From an uncultured delta proteobacterium (lineage in GTDB: Bacteria > Desulfobacterota > Binatia > Binatales > Binataceae), in contig CAVXXK010000001.1 in assembly GCA_963765675.1 (NCBI GenBank), forward strand, positions 224,001-288,000: a stretch of 64,000 nt of DNA. Reading direction: 5' to 3'. Both the position numbers and the translations under genes were made by a program. This document shows positions 30,541-40,809 of the stretch, in pieces. Within the stretch, counting starts at the first letter, position 1, and each line of letters starts with the position of its first letter. Under the pieces are notes generated by a model, which was not told the origin of the DNA, ran no database searches, and worked only from the letters and a program-made list of their open reading frames with translations.

Positions 30541-31197
30541 TTAAGCTCCTTGCGAGCCGACTATCGTGCAAAGTTTCGCTCGAGCGCTGCGTGGTAGGCA
30601 TGACGCTGACGCGACTCGCTGTCTATAGCTCGAGAATGTTTCCGAGAGAGGAATCTCAGCGGACACGGCCCAATCAAGGCAGGTCATCAACAGAATATCG
30701 GCGGCGCTCAACCGGTTGCCAAATAGGTATTCGCCGCTCGCGCCAACCCGCGACGCCATCGCTTCGAGATTGTGGATGAAGTAGTTTTTCGCCGCCTCGA
30801 CCGCTACCGGCGCTTCACCGTAAGTTACCTTCAGGCCCTCATGCCGCCGCATAATATACAATGAACCTGCGTCCAGCTCGGAAATCACGAAATAACACCA
30901 CTCATTCAATCTCGCGCGATCCCTGGCGTCGCCGGGAACATACATCCTCGCCGGATTGGCAAAGGTCTCGCTCAGGTACTGAATAATCGCCGCGCTTTCG
31001 GTCAAGACAAATTGCCCATGGCGAAGCACCGGAATCTTGTGCCGTGGATTGAGCAGTTTGAATTCGCTGGTTTGAGTCTCGCCGGTTCGCGAACCTATCG
31101 GTTCAAATTCATATTGCAGCTCCAGCTCCAGCAACATCCAATGCGCCCGCATCGTGCGGCTGGTGCCCGCGCCCCAAAGAGTCAGATCGTGTGCCAC
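30541..31197 (-). CDS. Glutathione S-transferase (probable C-terminal frameshift; corrected stop at 30561)
   Basis: TSR, LNPRHKIPVL, LTESAAI, LSAADI. Confidence 0.85.
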   Translation of the reverse strand: MAHDLTLWGAGTSRTMRAHWMLLELELQYEFEPIGSRTGETQTSEFKLLNPRHKIPVLRHGQFVLTESAAIIQYLSETFANPARMYVPGDARDRARLNEWCYFVISELDAGSLYIMRRHEGLKVTYGEAPVAVEAAKNYFIHNLEAMASRVGASGEYLFGNRLSAADILLMTCLDWAVSAEIPLSETFSSYRQRVASASCLPRSARAKLCTIVGSQGA

Positions 31198-31219
31198 GTC
31201 AGCATCTCGTTCCTTTCAA

Positions 31220-31951
31220 CTAGAATGTTTCCGTAAACGGCCTGACGTCCATTTCGTGAGTCCACGCGCTTCGATCCTGATGTGCAAGGTACCAGAATGC
31301 ATCGGCGATCGCCGACGGCTTCAGCAAGTCCTGATCTTTCGCTTGTGGACGAAGTTTCCTCAAGAGCGGCATATCGATACCGCCATCCACATTGACGTAC
31401 GCGACGTGGATTCCTTGCGGATGAAGATCGCGGGCCATCACCTGGGCAAGACCTCTGACAGCGAATTTCGCCGGAGCGAATCCCGCCGAGTTGGGCCACG
31501 GCCGCACGCCAGCCGTCGCGCCCGTGATTAGAATCGATCCGCTACCGCGCGAAAGCATCTCCGGCACTGCCTGGCGCGCCCACAGAAATGCGCCAAAGGT
31601 ATGCAGTCGCCAGGTGTCTTCGAAAACCTGCGGCGTCGTCTCGAGTAGGCGGCCCATCGGACGCCGTCCTCCATTGTAAACGAGAATCTCGATTGGACCG
31701 AGTTCGCGGGTGATTCGCTCATGCGCGGCGGCGATTTGCGTCTCGATAGTGGCATCGCTCTGGATCGGCAACGCGATACCGCCGGCCGAGTTGATCTCAC
31801 TGGCCGTCTTCTCAATCACGCTCGAGCTTCTGGCCACGAGCGCGACTTTGTAACCAGCGGCAAAGCGGCGGGCAAGGCCAGCGCCAAGGCCCTCTCCGAC
31901 ACCGACCACGACGCACACTTTGTCCGAAGGACTTACGGCGGAATCACTCAT
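31220..31951 (-). CDS. SDR oxidoreductase
   Basis: VGVGEGLG, TGATA, FAPAKFAVR, QDRSAWTHEMDVRP. Confidence 0.88.
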   Translation of the reverse strand: MSDSAVSPSDKVCVVVGVGEGLGAGLARRFAAGYKVALVARSSSVIEKTASEINSAGGIALPIQSDATIETQIAAAHERITRELGPIEILVYNGGRRPMGRLLETTPQVFEDTWRLHTFGAFLWARQAVPEMLSRGSGSILITGATAGVRPWPNSAGFAPAKFAVRGLAQVMARDLHPQGIHVAYVNVDGGIDMPLLRKLRPQAKDQDLLKPSAIADAFWYLAHQDRSAWTHEMDVRPFTETF

Positions 31952-31993
31952 GAGTTCTCCAATGCGGTTACGTCAGAGATATTGCGGCTATTG

Positions 31994-32034
31994 ATGACGC
32001 TCGTCATGTTTGGTATATTCATGACGATCGTAAT
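31994..32034. promoter_or_regulatory. Twin palindromic operator (probable TetR sites)
   Basis: ATGACG-CT-CGTCAT (31994-32007) and ATGACG-AT-CGTAAT (32021-32034) in the divergent SDR/TetR spacer. Confidence 0.7.
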
Positions 32035-32081
32035 CAAATGTGTCAAGAGAGTTCAAAGGTCGGAGGGCCACGAAAGAGCTG

Positions 32082-32690
32082 ATGCGGGTATCGAAAGAAA
32101 CCGCCGCGCACAACCGCGAACAGATCCTGGCAGCCGCCGCTCGCATGTTTCGCGAACAGGGCATCACGGCGACCGGGGTCGACTCGATAACCAAAGCGGC
32201 CGGACTCACTCACGGCGGCCTCTACAGCCAGTTCGGATCAAAACAAGCGATCGCCGCCGAGGCGATCCACTATGCGGCCGCGCGATCGGAACGGCGATGG
32301 CAGCGCGCCGCCGAGCGTAGCACCGGCGCGCGAATCTTGCCCTCGATCATAGAGACCTACCTCGCGCCGGCGCATCGCGATGCTCCGGGCCATGGCTGCG
32401 TGATCGCGTCTCTTGCTACGGACGTTGCCCGGCAACCGAAGGCGGTGCGCAAGGCGTTTACGAGAGAGCTAAGAAACACGCTTGAATTTCTGGCTCATCA
32501 AATGCCGAGTAAGAGTTCCTCGCGGAGATTCGAGAGCGCTGCGGCCGCATTTTCGACGATGGTCGGCGCACTGATTCTTGCGCGCGCAGTGAGTGACAAT
32601 GAGCTGTCAGGGCAAATATTGAATGCTGCGGCAGCTCGCACTGCGGATCTCGCCCAAGCGCGAAAACGATCGCGCCGAAACATCAGGTGA
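32082..32690 (+). CDS. TetR-family regulator
   Basis: ILAAAARMFREQG...GVDSITKAAGLTHGGLYSQFGSK. Confidence 0.92.
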   Translation: MRVSKETAAHNREQILAAAARMFREQGITATGVDSITKAAGLTHGGLYSQFGSKQAIAAEAIHYAAARSERRWQRAAERSTGARILPSIIETYLAPAHRDAPGHGCVIASLATDVARQPKAVRKAFTRELRNTLEFLAHQMPSKSSSRRFESAAAAFSTMVGALILARAVSDNELSGQILNAAAARTADLAQARKRSRRNIR

Positions 32691-33457
32691 ACCCTGCGCA
32701 CGGAGGATCGTCTTTGGAACCAAGGAATGCCACTGTCGCCGTGATTGGCGCCGGAGACTATATCGGCGGCGCTATTGCCAAACGATTTGCGGCCGAGGGT
32801 TTTACGGTCTTCGCTGGGCGCCGAACCGCGGATAAGCTGGCGCCGCTGGTTGCGGAGATCGAGGCCGCGCACGGACGCGTTGTCGCGCGAGCCCTCGATG
32901 CGCGCAAGGAAGATGAGATAACTGCTTTTCTAAAAGACGCCGACGCTCACGCTCCGCTAGAGGTCTGCATCTTCAATGTCGGGGCCAACGTCAATTTTCC
33001 AATCCTCGAGACGACCGATCGCGTCTTTCGCAAGGTTTGGGAGATGGCCTGCTATTCGGGCTTTTTGGCTGGTCGCGAAGCTGCGCGGTTGATGCTTCCG
33101 CGCGGACGCGGATGCATCTTCTTTACCGGCGCCACCGCGAGCATTCGCGGAGGAATCGGCTATTCGGCATTCGCCAGTGCGAAATTTGGCCTGCGCGCGG
33201 TGGCACAGAGTATCGCCCGCGAACTCGGACCCAGGAATATCCACGTCGCCCATCTCATCATCGATGCGGGAGTAGATACCGCATGGGTACGGGACCGAAT
33301 CAAAGAGCGAGAAGGCGACGCCGCTGTCAACAATCTTGATCCAGGTCGTCTGATGCGGCCGGCTGCGGTCGCGGAAGCATACTGGCAGCTATACCAACAA
33401 CCGCGCGATGCCTGGACTTTCGAGCAGGAAATTCGTCCGTTCGGAGAGAAGTGGTGA
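32687..33457 (+). CDS. SDR oxidoreductase
   Basis: IGAGDYIG, FTGATAS, FASAKFGLR, QPRDAWTFE..IRPFGEKW. Confidence 0.88.
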   Translation: MNPAHGGSSLEPRNATVAVIGAGDYIGGAIAKRFAAEGFTVFAGRRTADKLAPLVAEIEAAHGRVVARALDARKEDEITAFLKDADAHAPLEVCIFNVGANVNFPILETTDRVFRKVWEMACYSGFLAGREAARLMLPRGRGCIFFTGATASIRGGIGYSAFASAKFGLRAVAQSIARELGPRNIHVAHLIIDAGVDTAWVRDRIKEREGDAAVNNLDPGRLMRPAAVAEAYWQLYQQPRDAWTFEQEIRPFGEKW

Positions 33458-33461
33458 ACTC

Positions 33462-34067
33462 ATGATCAAGGTAGAATTCCATTTCGATTTTGGCAGCCCC
33501 AATGCATACCTCAGTCATCTGGTTATTCCTGAGATCGAGAAGCGGACCGGCGTAAAGTTCGAGTACGTGCCGGTTCTGCTGGGCGGCGTCTTCAAGATGA
33601 CCAACAATCGTTCACCAGCCGAGAGCCTGGCGGGAATCAAGAACAAGCCCGATTATGAGCGTCTCGAAACCGCGCGCTTCATCCGTCGTCACGGCATAAA
33701 GCGCTTCACCTCCAATCCGTTTTTTCCTGTAAATACATTAGTGTTGATGCGTGGAGCGATCGCGGCTCAATCACTCGGTATATTCGAGCGATACGTTGAC
33801 GAAGTGTATAGACACATGTGGGCCGAACCCAAGAAAATGGACGATCCCGCGATACTGCGTGCCGCGTTCAGCGAGTCGAGCTTGCCGACGGACAAAATTC
33901 TCGAATTGGCGCAAGCTCAGAACGTTAAGGACAGATTGCTCGAGAACACTCGGCGCTCCGTCGAGCGCGGCACCTTTGGGTCACCGACGTTCTTTGTCGG
34001 CGACGAGATCTTTTTCGGAAAGGACCGCCTGCGCGACGTCGAAGAGTTGATAACCGCCTCAAAGTAA
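33462..34067 (+). CDS. HCCA isomerase / kappa-class GST (DsbA-like fold)
   Basis: FHFDFGSPNAY, GTFGSPTFFV, FFGKDRL. Confidence 0.88.
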   Translation: MIKVEFHFDFGSPNAYLSHLVIPEIEKRTGVKFEYVPVLLGGVFKMTNNRSPAESLAGIKNKPDYERLETARFIRRHGIKRFTSNPFFPVNTLVLMRGAIAAQSLGIFERYVDEVYRHMWAEPKKMDDPAILRAAFSESSLPTDKILELAQAQNVKDRLLENTRRSVERGTFGSPTFFVGDEIFFGKDRLRDVEELITASK

Positions 34068-34303
34068 TTGCCCAGCTGGTGTCCGCCAGAGCGCCACCCT
34101 CGCGACGGTGATGCCGTTATCGAAAAGAGCACGGCCGCCGACCGGCGACCTCGCATCTACGGAACTTCTTGTTCCGTCGAGCCTGCGCGTTAGGTATTCA
34201 GCGGATTTCAAATTGCAATCCGACATTTGATTTTGCAGCGCGACTCATTTCGCAGCCTCGGGAATGAGAAATGATTCAGCCTTGATCTGACAAAGGTTCT
34301 GGT

Positions 34304-34319
34304 TGGTCCGGGAATTGCC
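34304..34319 (+). promoter_or_regulatory. sigma54 promoter candidate
   Basis: TGGTCCGGGAATTGCC (GG-N10-GC). Confidence 0.45.
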
Positions 34320-34332
34320 TTGGATCCCGATC

Positions 34333-34767
34333 GTGAACCTCTGGAAAAAGCGTTCTCCGTCTCCTTCGCCCGCTCGCAGAACCCTAAGACATGAGTTTGT
34401 CATCGGTCCGCCTCGCGAGAGCCCGATGTTTCAGCGAAAGGCCAGGCTATACTACTGCATTCGCTGCAAATGGAGCTTTCTGGTCTGTGAGCGGCAGGTA
34501 ATCGTTCTCGACGAACACGGCCAGCCTCTAGCTGGAACCAAGGGCGCGGAGCGTTTCGATACGTTCGACGAAGGGCCGTGTCCCGGGCTTGAAGTACTCC
34601 GATCGAGCAAGCCCATCACGGTCTACGTCGTCCACCTTAGATCGGTGAGGAAGAACGACGAATCAAATAGTCCGTTTATTTCCAACATTCCTGCTCGGAC
34701 TTCAGAGCCTCGGCCTGTGCTGCGCCTCCTTACTTGCGCCCGAAAAGATATAGAAGCATCTCCGTGA
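34333..34767 (+). CDS. Hypothetical Cys-motif protein (start uncertain)
   Basis: YYCIRCKWSFLV...GPCP; ORF open from 34303. Confidence 0.5.
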   Translation: MNLWKKRSPSPSPARRTLRHEFVIGPPRESPMFQRKARLYYCIRCKWSFLVCERQVIVLDEHGQPLAGTKGAERFDTFDEGPCPGLEVLRSSKPITVYVVHLRSVRKNDESNSPFISNIPARTSEPRPVLRLLTCARKDIEASP

Positions 34768-35119
34768 TTTATCTGACCGCGAGCGCGAATACATCTCGCG
34801 GGTGTTGGCCGAGAGTTCGACGCTAGATCAGGTGGCGGCCGCGCAGCAAGTTCGCCGCCGCGCACCTCTTTGAGCAGCGGCTCGATTCGCTTTAGGTATT
34901 GGCGATCGCGGTCAGCGTCAGCCTGCGCCTGCCGCTGACGTGCGTCCTCGCGGACTTCATTCAGTTTGATCAAGATCGATCCGGTAAACGCGTCCGCGCA
35001 GGCGTATAGTTTGAAGAAATGAGACCGGCCGGACTTTTTGTCGTGGCATAACCCAGCGGCTCTGCGTCATTATTGGATCATATCGATCCGCATGCCCCCA
35101 AAGAGGTCAAAGCTGAATT

Positions 35120-36775
35120 ATGAAAGTTAGCGAACTCGCGGGAAAGCCGGCTCCCGCTTCGATGCTCGTGAACGTCCCGAGGCTGGTGACCGCGTATTTC
35201 GCAGAGCATCCCGATCCGAAGCTCGCGGCCGAGCGCGTCTCGTTCGGAACCTCGGGGCATCGCGGTAGCGCGCTCGAGCGCAGCTTCAACGAGGCCCACA
35301 TCCTCGCGATCAGCCAGGCAATCTGCCTCTATCGCAAGAAGCATCAGATAGATGGTCCGCTCTTTCTCGGAATGGATACTCATGCGCTCTCAGAGCCGGC
35401 GCTTGCCAGCGCGCTCGAGGTGCTGGCCGCCAATGGTGTCGAGGTGATGATCGACAGTGTGTCCGGCTACACGCCGACGCCGGTCATCTCGCACGCGATT
35501 CTCACCTACAACCGCGGCCGCACCAGTGGCCACGCAGACGGGATCGTCATCACGCCGTCGCACAATCCGCCCGCCGATGGCGGCTTCAAATACAATCCAC
35601 CCAACGGCGGTCCCGCCGACACCGATGTCACCAACTGGATCGAGCAGACTGCCAACTCGCTCCTGGCCGACGGCCTTCGCGCGATCGAGCGCATCCCATA
35701 CGAGCGCGCGATGCGCGCCACCACCACCCATCGACATGACTACATCAACGCCTACGTGAGCGATCTCGGAAACGTCGTGAATATGGAGACAATCCGCTCG
35801 GCTGGCGTCAGGATCGGCGTCGATCCCCTGGGCGGCGCGGCCGTTCACTACTGGGAGCCGATTATCGATCGTTACAAAATCGCCGCGACCGTCGTCAACA
35901 ACGCGATCGATCCAACCTTTCGCTTCATGACCGTGGATTGGGACGGCAAGATCCGGATGGACTGCTCGTCGCCCTACGCGATGGTGCCGGTAGTGGCGAT
36001 GCGCGATCGATTCGACGTCGCATTCGGCAATGACACCGACGCCGACCGCCATGGAATAGTCACTCCTGCCGGCTTGATGAATCCGAATCACTATCTGGCG
36101 GTCGCGATATCGTACTTGTTCAAGCATCGCGAGCGCTGGCCGAAAAATGCCGCGGTCGGCAAGACCGTCGTGAGCAGTTCGCTTCTCGATCGCGTTGCCA
36201 CCGGACTCGGGCGGCGTCTGTTCGAGGTGCCCGTCGGTTTCAAATGGTTCGTGTCCGGTCTCCTGGACGGAAGCCTCGGCTTCGGCGGCGAAGAGAGTGC
36301 CGGAGCCTCGATGCTGCGGATCGACGGCAGCGTCTGGACCACCGACAAGGACGGCATAATCCTGGGCCTTCTCGCCGCGGAGGTTACCGCCGCGACTGGT
36401 CGCGATCCGGGAAAGCACTACGAGGCGCTGACCCGCGAATATGGCGCGCCGGTTTACGAAAGAATCGACGCGCCAGCGACGGTCGCGCAAAAAGATATCC
36501 TGAAGAAGCTGACGCCCAATCAGATACACGCGAAGGATTTGGCAGGCGAAAAGATTGCCGCGATGCTGACCAACGCGCCCGGCAACAACGCCCCGATCGG
36601 CGGACTCAAGGTCGCCACCGAGCACGGATGGTTCGCTGCGCGCCCCTCCGGCACTGAGGAGGTGTATAAAATTTACGCCGAGAGCTTCCGCGACGCCGAC
36701 CATCTAAAGCAAATCCAGAAGGAAGCCCAAGCGATCATCCAACGCGTTTTTGAACAAGCCTCGAATCAGAATTAG
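35120..36775 (+). CDS. pgm: Phosphoglucomutase
   Basis: [33 protein letters not shown]. Confidence 0.95.
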   Translation: MKVSELAGKPAPASMLVNVPRLVTAYFAEHPDPKLAAERVSFGTSGHRGSALERSFNEAHILAISQAICLYRKKHQIDGPLFLGMDTHALSEPALASALEVLAANGVEVMIDSVSGYTPTPVISHAILTYNRGRTSGHADGIVITPSHNPPADGGFKYNPPNGGPADTDVTNWIEQTANSLLADGLRAIERIPYERAMRATTTHRHDYINAYVSDLGNVVNMETIRSAGVRIGVDPLGGAAVHYWEPIIDRYKIAATVVNNAIDPTFRFMTVDWDGKIRMDCSSPYAMVPVVAMRDRFDVAFGNDTDADRHGIVTPAGLMNPNHYLAVAISYLFKHRERWPKNAAVGKTVVSSSLLDRVATGLGRRLFEVPVGFKWFVSGLLDGSLGFGGEESAGASMLRIDGSVWTTDKDGIILGLLAAEVTAATGRDPGKHYEALTREYGAPVYERIDAPATVAQKDILKKLTPNQIHAKDLAGEKIAAMLTNAPGNNAPIGGLKVATEHGWFAARPSGTEEVYKIYAESFRDADHLKQIQKEAQAIIQRVFEQASNQN

Positions 36776-36850
36776 CGATTAATCAGAACGCTCGGTCACT
36801 ATGAATCCCTACTATCAACACGCCTTACTCACGGTTGCCGATCCAATACT

Positions 36851-39211
36851 ATGTCGGTAGTGGCAATTCCGTCCGAAGGCTCACTGAGTAGTGATCAGGG
36901 CGCCAACTCGCCCGGCCTTGCCGTTGACGAGGCCGCCCGGCGTCTGGTTCAGTTCGGACCCAACTCGGTAACCGACACCTCCGTCAGTGCATTGTGGTTG
37001 GCGATAGGCAAGTTCTGGGCGCCGGTGCCGTGGATGCTCGAGGCCGCGATCCTGCTCGAACTCATGCTCGGAAAATTTGTCGAAGCAGCGATCATCGGGT
37101 TCCTTCTCCTGTTCAACGCCGCTCTCGGACTTTTCCAGGAGTCGCGCGCGCAGGCGACTCTCGAGGCGCTGAAGTCGCGTCTGGCGCTCAATGCCTCCGT
37201 GCACCGCGGAGGTGCCTGGATTGTCGTACCCGCCGCCACGCTCGTGCCGGGCGATATCGTCAAGCTCTCGCTCGGATCGGTGGTTGCCGCTGATGTTCGG
37301 CTGCTCGGCGGATCGGTCCTTCTCGATCAATCGACGCTCACCGGCGAGTCAGTCCCGATCGAAGCTGGCGCTGGAACCCAAACCTGGGCCGGAGCGCTGG
37401 TGCGCCGCGGCGAGGCGCTCGCCGAAGTTACCGCCACCGGATCGCGCACGAAGTTCGGGCGCACCGCCGAGCTCGTTCGTGTCGCGCACGTGGCCAGCTC
37501 TCAGCAAAAGGCCGTGCTGCGCGTGGTGCGCAACCTCGCGATATTCAACAGCGTGATCATCATGATGCTGGTGGCGTATGCCTACGCGATCGCGATGCCG
37601 ATTGCCGAAATCATACCGCTGGTGCTGACCGCCATTCTGGCGACTATCCCGGTCGCCCTTCCCGCCACCTTCACTCTCGCCGAGGCTCTCGGCGCACGCG
37701 CCCTGGCTCACTTGGGCGTCTTGCCGACGCGGCTCTCCGCGGTGGACGAAGCCGCGACCATGGATGTCCTGTGCTCGGACAAAACCGGCACGCTGACCCG
37801 CAACGAGCTGAAGGTTACCGCGATCCGGCCGATGCCCGGCTTCGACGAACCACAGGTGCTCGCGATGGCGGCGCTGGCCAGCGACGAAGGCGGACAGGAT
37901 CCCGTCGATGCGGCGATTCGAGCCGCGGCAGTCCTCACTCCGGTGTCCGCTCCACTCAAGGCCGTCAGTTTTATCCCGTTTGATCCTTCGACCAAGCAAT
38001 CGGAGGCGACCGCGATGGATGCGAAAGGAGTTACGTTGCGAGTCGTCAAAGGCGCATTCGCCGCCGTCGGCATCCTTGCACCGGCGTCCGCGGAGGCGGC
38101 GCAGGCGGCGCGGGAGCTCGAAGGGAAAGGTTTCCGCGTTCTGGGCGTCGCAGTAGGACCTGCGCAGGGAAAACTCTCAATATGCGGGTTGGTCGCCCTC
38201 AGCGATCCGCCGCGCGATGATTCCGCGACGCTTATCGCGGCGCTGCTCGCCTCCGGCGTGCGTACCGTAATGTTAACCGGCGACGCGCCTGCCACCGCTG
38301 CGATCGTCGCGCGTGCGGTGGGTCTTGATGGCCCCGTATGCCCTCCCGGCGCGATTTCGCCAACGGCGCGGCCCGACCAGTTCGCGGTCTTTGCGGGAGT
38401 CTTGCCCGAAGGCAAATATCAGCTCGTCAAGGCGTTTCAGGCCGGAGGGCACACCGTCGGCATGTGCGGTGACGGCGCAAACGACGCGCCTGCCCTGCGC
38501 CAAGCGCACATGGGAATAGCGGTATCCACCGCCACCGACGTCGCCAAATCAGCGGCCGGCATCGTACTGACCGAGCCTGGACTGGCCGGTATAGTCGCCG
38601 CGGTCAAGGAAGGCCGCACCACCTTTCAGCGTGTTCTGACCTATACCTTGAACTCGGTAATCAAAAAGCTGGTTCAGGTGCTGTTTCTGGCAGTCGGGCT
38701 TGTGATGACTGGACGTGCAATACTCACTCCGATGCTTATGGTCATCATCATGATCACCGGAGACTTTCTGACTATGTCGTTGACCACGGATAACGTGGTG
38801 CCCTCGCCGACGCCCAACATATGGCGAATCGGCCGACTGACTATTGCCGGCGCTGTACTGGCTATCAGCGAGCTTATATTTTGCTCCGCCGTTCTGGCGA
38901 TCGGAAAATTCCGGATGGAAATGAGTACGCAAACGCTGCAAACTCTCTCCTTCGTGGTACTGATGTTCGCCAGTGAAGCGGCCTTATATGCGATTCGCAT
39001 CCGCCACCGCCTGTGGTCGCGGCCGAGTACCTGGCTTATTCTGTCCTCGGTCGGCGATCTGCTGATAATTGGTACGCTCGCCGTCGGCGGAATCGCGATG
39101 GCCCCGCTACCCATTTACGTCGTGGCAGGCGTGCTCGCTGGTGCAGTCCTATACGGACTCGCGGCGGACGTGATGAAGCTCTGGCTGTTCGCGCGCCTCC
39201 GAATCGCCTGA
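36851..39211 (+). CDS. P3A-type plasma-membrane H+-exporting ATPase
   Basis: KFWAPVPWMLE, TGES, IPVALPA, CSDKTGTLT, GDGANDAPAL, TM6 ITGDF. Confidence 0.85.
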   Translation: MSVVAIPSEGSLSSDQGANSPGLAVDEAARRLVQFGPNSVTDTSVSALWLAIGKFWAPVPWMLEAAILLELMLGKFVEAAIIGFLLLFNAALGLFQESRAQATLEALKSRLALNASVHRGGAWIVVPAATLVPGDIVKLSLGSVVAADVRLLGGSVLLDQSTLTGESVPIEAGAGTQTWAGALVRRGEALAEVTATGSRTKFGRTAELVRVAHVASSQQKAVLRVVRNLAIFNSVIIMMLVAYAYAIAMPIAEIIPLVLTAILATIPVALPATFTLAEALGARALAHLGVLPTRLSAVDEAATMDVLCSDKTGTLTRNELKVTAIRPMPGFDEPQVLAMAALASDEGGQDPVDAAIRAAAVLTPVSAPLKAVSFIPFDPSTKQSEATAMDAKGVTLRVVKGAFAAVGILAPASAEAAQAARELEGKGFRVLGVAVGPAQGKLSICGLVALSDPPRDDSATLIAALLASGVRTVMLTGDAPATAAIVARAVGLDGPVCPPGAISPTARPDQFAVFAGVLPEGKYQLVKAFQAGGHTVGMCGDGANDAPALRQAHMGIAVSTATDVAKSAAGIVLTEPGLAGIVAAVKEGRTTFQRVLTYTLNSVIKKLVQVLFLAVGLVMTGRAILTPMLMVIIMITGDFLTMSLTTDNVVPSPTPNIWRIGRLTIAGAVLAISELIFCSAVLAIGKFRMEMSTQTLQTLSFVVLMFASEAALYAIRIRHRLWSRPSTWLILSSVGDLLIIGTLAVGGIAMAPLPIYVVAGVLAGAVLYGLAADVMKLWLFARLRIA

Positions 39212-39307
39212 GTCTCAGCGCGATGTTCGACCAGCGTCCGCGCTGTTGAAAAGACCGTTAGCTTGGCCTAAGGCTGCAAGTTGACCCTGCGGCGGAGCGA
39301 AACCCTG

Positions 39308-40771
39308 ATGGCAATCGAATTAACCCAACTTGCTGAGATGGACGCCACGGCACAGGCCGAACTCGTCGCCACCGGCCAGGCGACGGCGTCCGAACTGGTC
39401 GAAGCAGCTATTCAGCGAATCGAACGTCTCAACCCGCAAATCAATTGCGTCGTCTATCCGCGCTTCGACCAGGCGCGCGACGAGGCTGCCAAGTTACGAG
39501 ACCATCCGGCGCGCGGAATTTTTCGCGGCGTGCCTTTTCTGTTGAAAGATTTGTCCGAGACGGTCGCGGGCGAGCCGATGAGCTGGGGATGGAAGCCGCT
39601 GAAGGACGCGCAGCTCCGTGCGCGATCGACGGCAAACGTCGCCGCCAGGTTTCACGCCGCCGGATTGATCGTACTCGGACGGACTACCGTCCCCGAATGG
39701 GGTCCCTCGATCGCGACTGAGACGCGCGCCTGGGGCGCGACGCGCAATCCGTGGAACCTCGAGCGCGGCGTCGGCGGCTCAAGCGGCGGCGCCGGTGCGG
39801 CAGTAGCCTCGCGGATGGTCGCAATCGCCCATGGCAACGACGCCGGCGGCTCGATTCGGATTCCCGCGTCGTTCTGCGGAATCGTCGGCCTCAAACCTTC
39901 GCGCGGCCGTACTTCGATCGGACCCCTCCACGCGAATATCTGGCACGGACTCGGCGAGGAAGGCGCTCTCGTCCGCTCCATTCGCGACGCGGCTGCGGCG
40001 CTCGACGTCGTGGCTGGTTACGAGTCCGGTGATCCTTATACCGCGCCCGCTCCGCGGCGCTCTTTTCGCGCCGAGGTCGGCCAGTCTCCTGGACGGCTTC
40101 GGATTGGGTTCATGGACCGCGCCCCCTCATTTCATCCCGGAATCGAACCCGAGTGCGCCGCCGCAGTTCGAGCCTGTGCGAAGCTGCTGGGTTCGCTCGG
40201 GCACTCGATGGAACAAACCCATCCTGCCGCGCTCGACGACAACCGTGTTGGCGACCCGATCGGCGTGCTGGTCGCCACCAGCGAAGCGCTCGCCGCGGTT
40301 GAGGCCGAACAAATTCTCGGCCGCCCTTTAAGTGCCGAAGATTTCGATCCGTGGACCTGGTTTCTTATCGAACGAGGCCGCCGATTCTCCGCCCTCGATT
40401 TGCTCCGTGCGACCGAGTGGGTCAACGAGTTCACCCGCACCACCGCGAAGTGGTGGACCGATGGGTTCGATATTCTCGTAACTCCGACGCTCGCGACCGC
40501 AGCGCCGCCGATTGGAATTTTTCAGCTACGTCCCAACGAGCATCCTGCCGATATTGGCCGGCGGATGGCTTACATCAGCCCGTTCACGATTCCGTGGAAC
40601 GTCGCCGGCAATCCTGCCATCTCGCTGCCGCTGCACACGACACCTGACGGCATGCCGGTCGGCGTTCAACTGGTCGCCGCGTACGGCCGCGAAGATTTGC
40701 TCCTGCGCCTGGCTGCCCAGATCGAGGATGCGGCCCCGTGGTCCGGACGCCAGCCGGTCTTGTCCACTTAA
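39308..40771 (+). CDS. Amidase signature family enzyme
   Basis: GVPFLLKD, GGSSGG, GNDAGGSIRIPAS (ORF open from 39281). Confidence 0.92.
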   Translation: MAIELTQLAEMDATAQAELVATGQATASELVEAAIQRIERLNPQINCVVYPRFDQARDEAAKLRDHPARGIFRGVPFLLKDLSETVAGEPMSWGWKPLKDAQLRARSTANVAARFHAAGLIVLGRTTVPEWGPSIATETRAWGATRNPWNLERGVGGSSGGAGAAVASRMVAIAHGNDAGGSIRIPASFCGIVGLKPSRGRTSIGPLHANIWHGLGEEGALVRSIRDAAAALDVVAGYESGDPYTAPAPRRSFRAEVGQSPGRLRIGFMDRAPSFHPGIEPECAAAVRACAKLLGSLGHSMEQTHPAALDDNRVGDPIGVLVATSEALAAVEAEQILGRPLSAEDFDPWTWFLIERGRRFSALDLLRATEWVNEFTRTTAKWWTDGFDILVTPTLATAAPPIGIFQLRPNEHPADIGRRMAYISPFTIPWNVAGNPAISLPLHTTPDGMPVGVQLVAAYGREDLLLRLAAQIEDAAPWSGRQPVLST

Positions 40772-40809
40772 TCCATCCTTGCGCCGCTGAATTGACGGAT
40801 ACGCGATGA

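Noticed and set aside
34623-34973. 116-aa minus-strand ORF
   Set aside because: Overlaps the Cys-motif ORF and the FNR-like box, with no RBS or recognisable motif; cannot be supported
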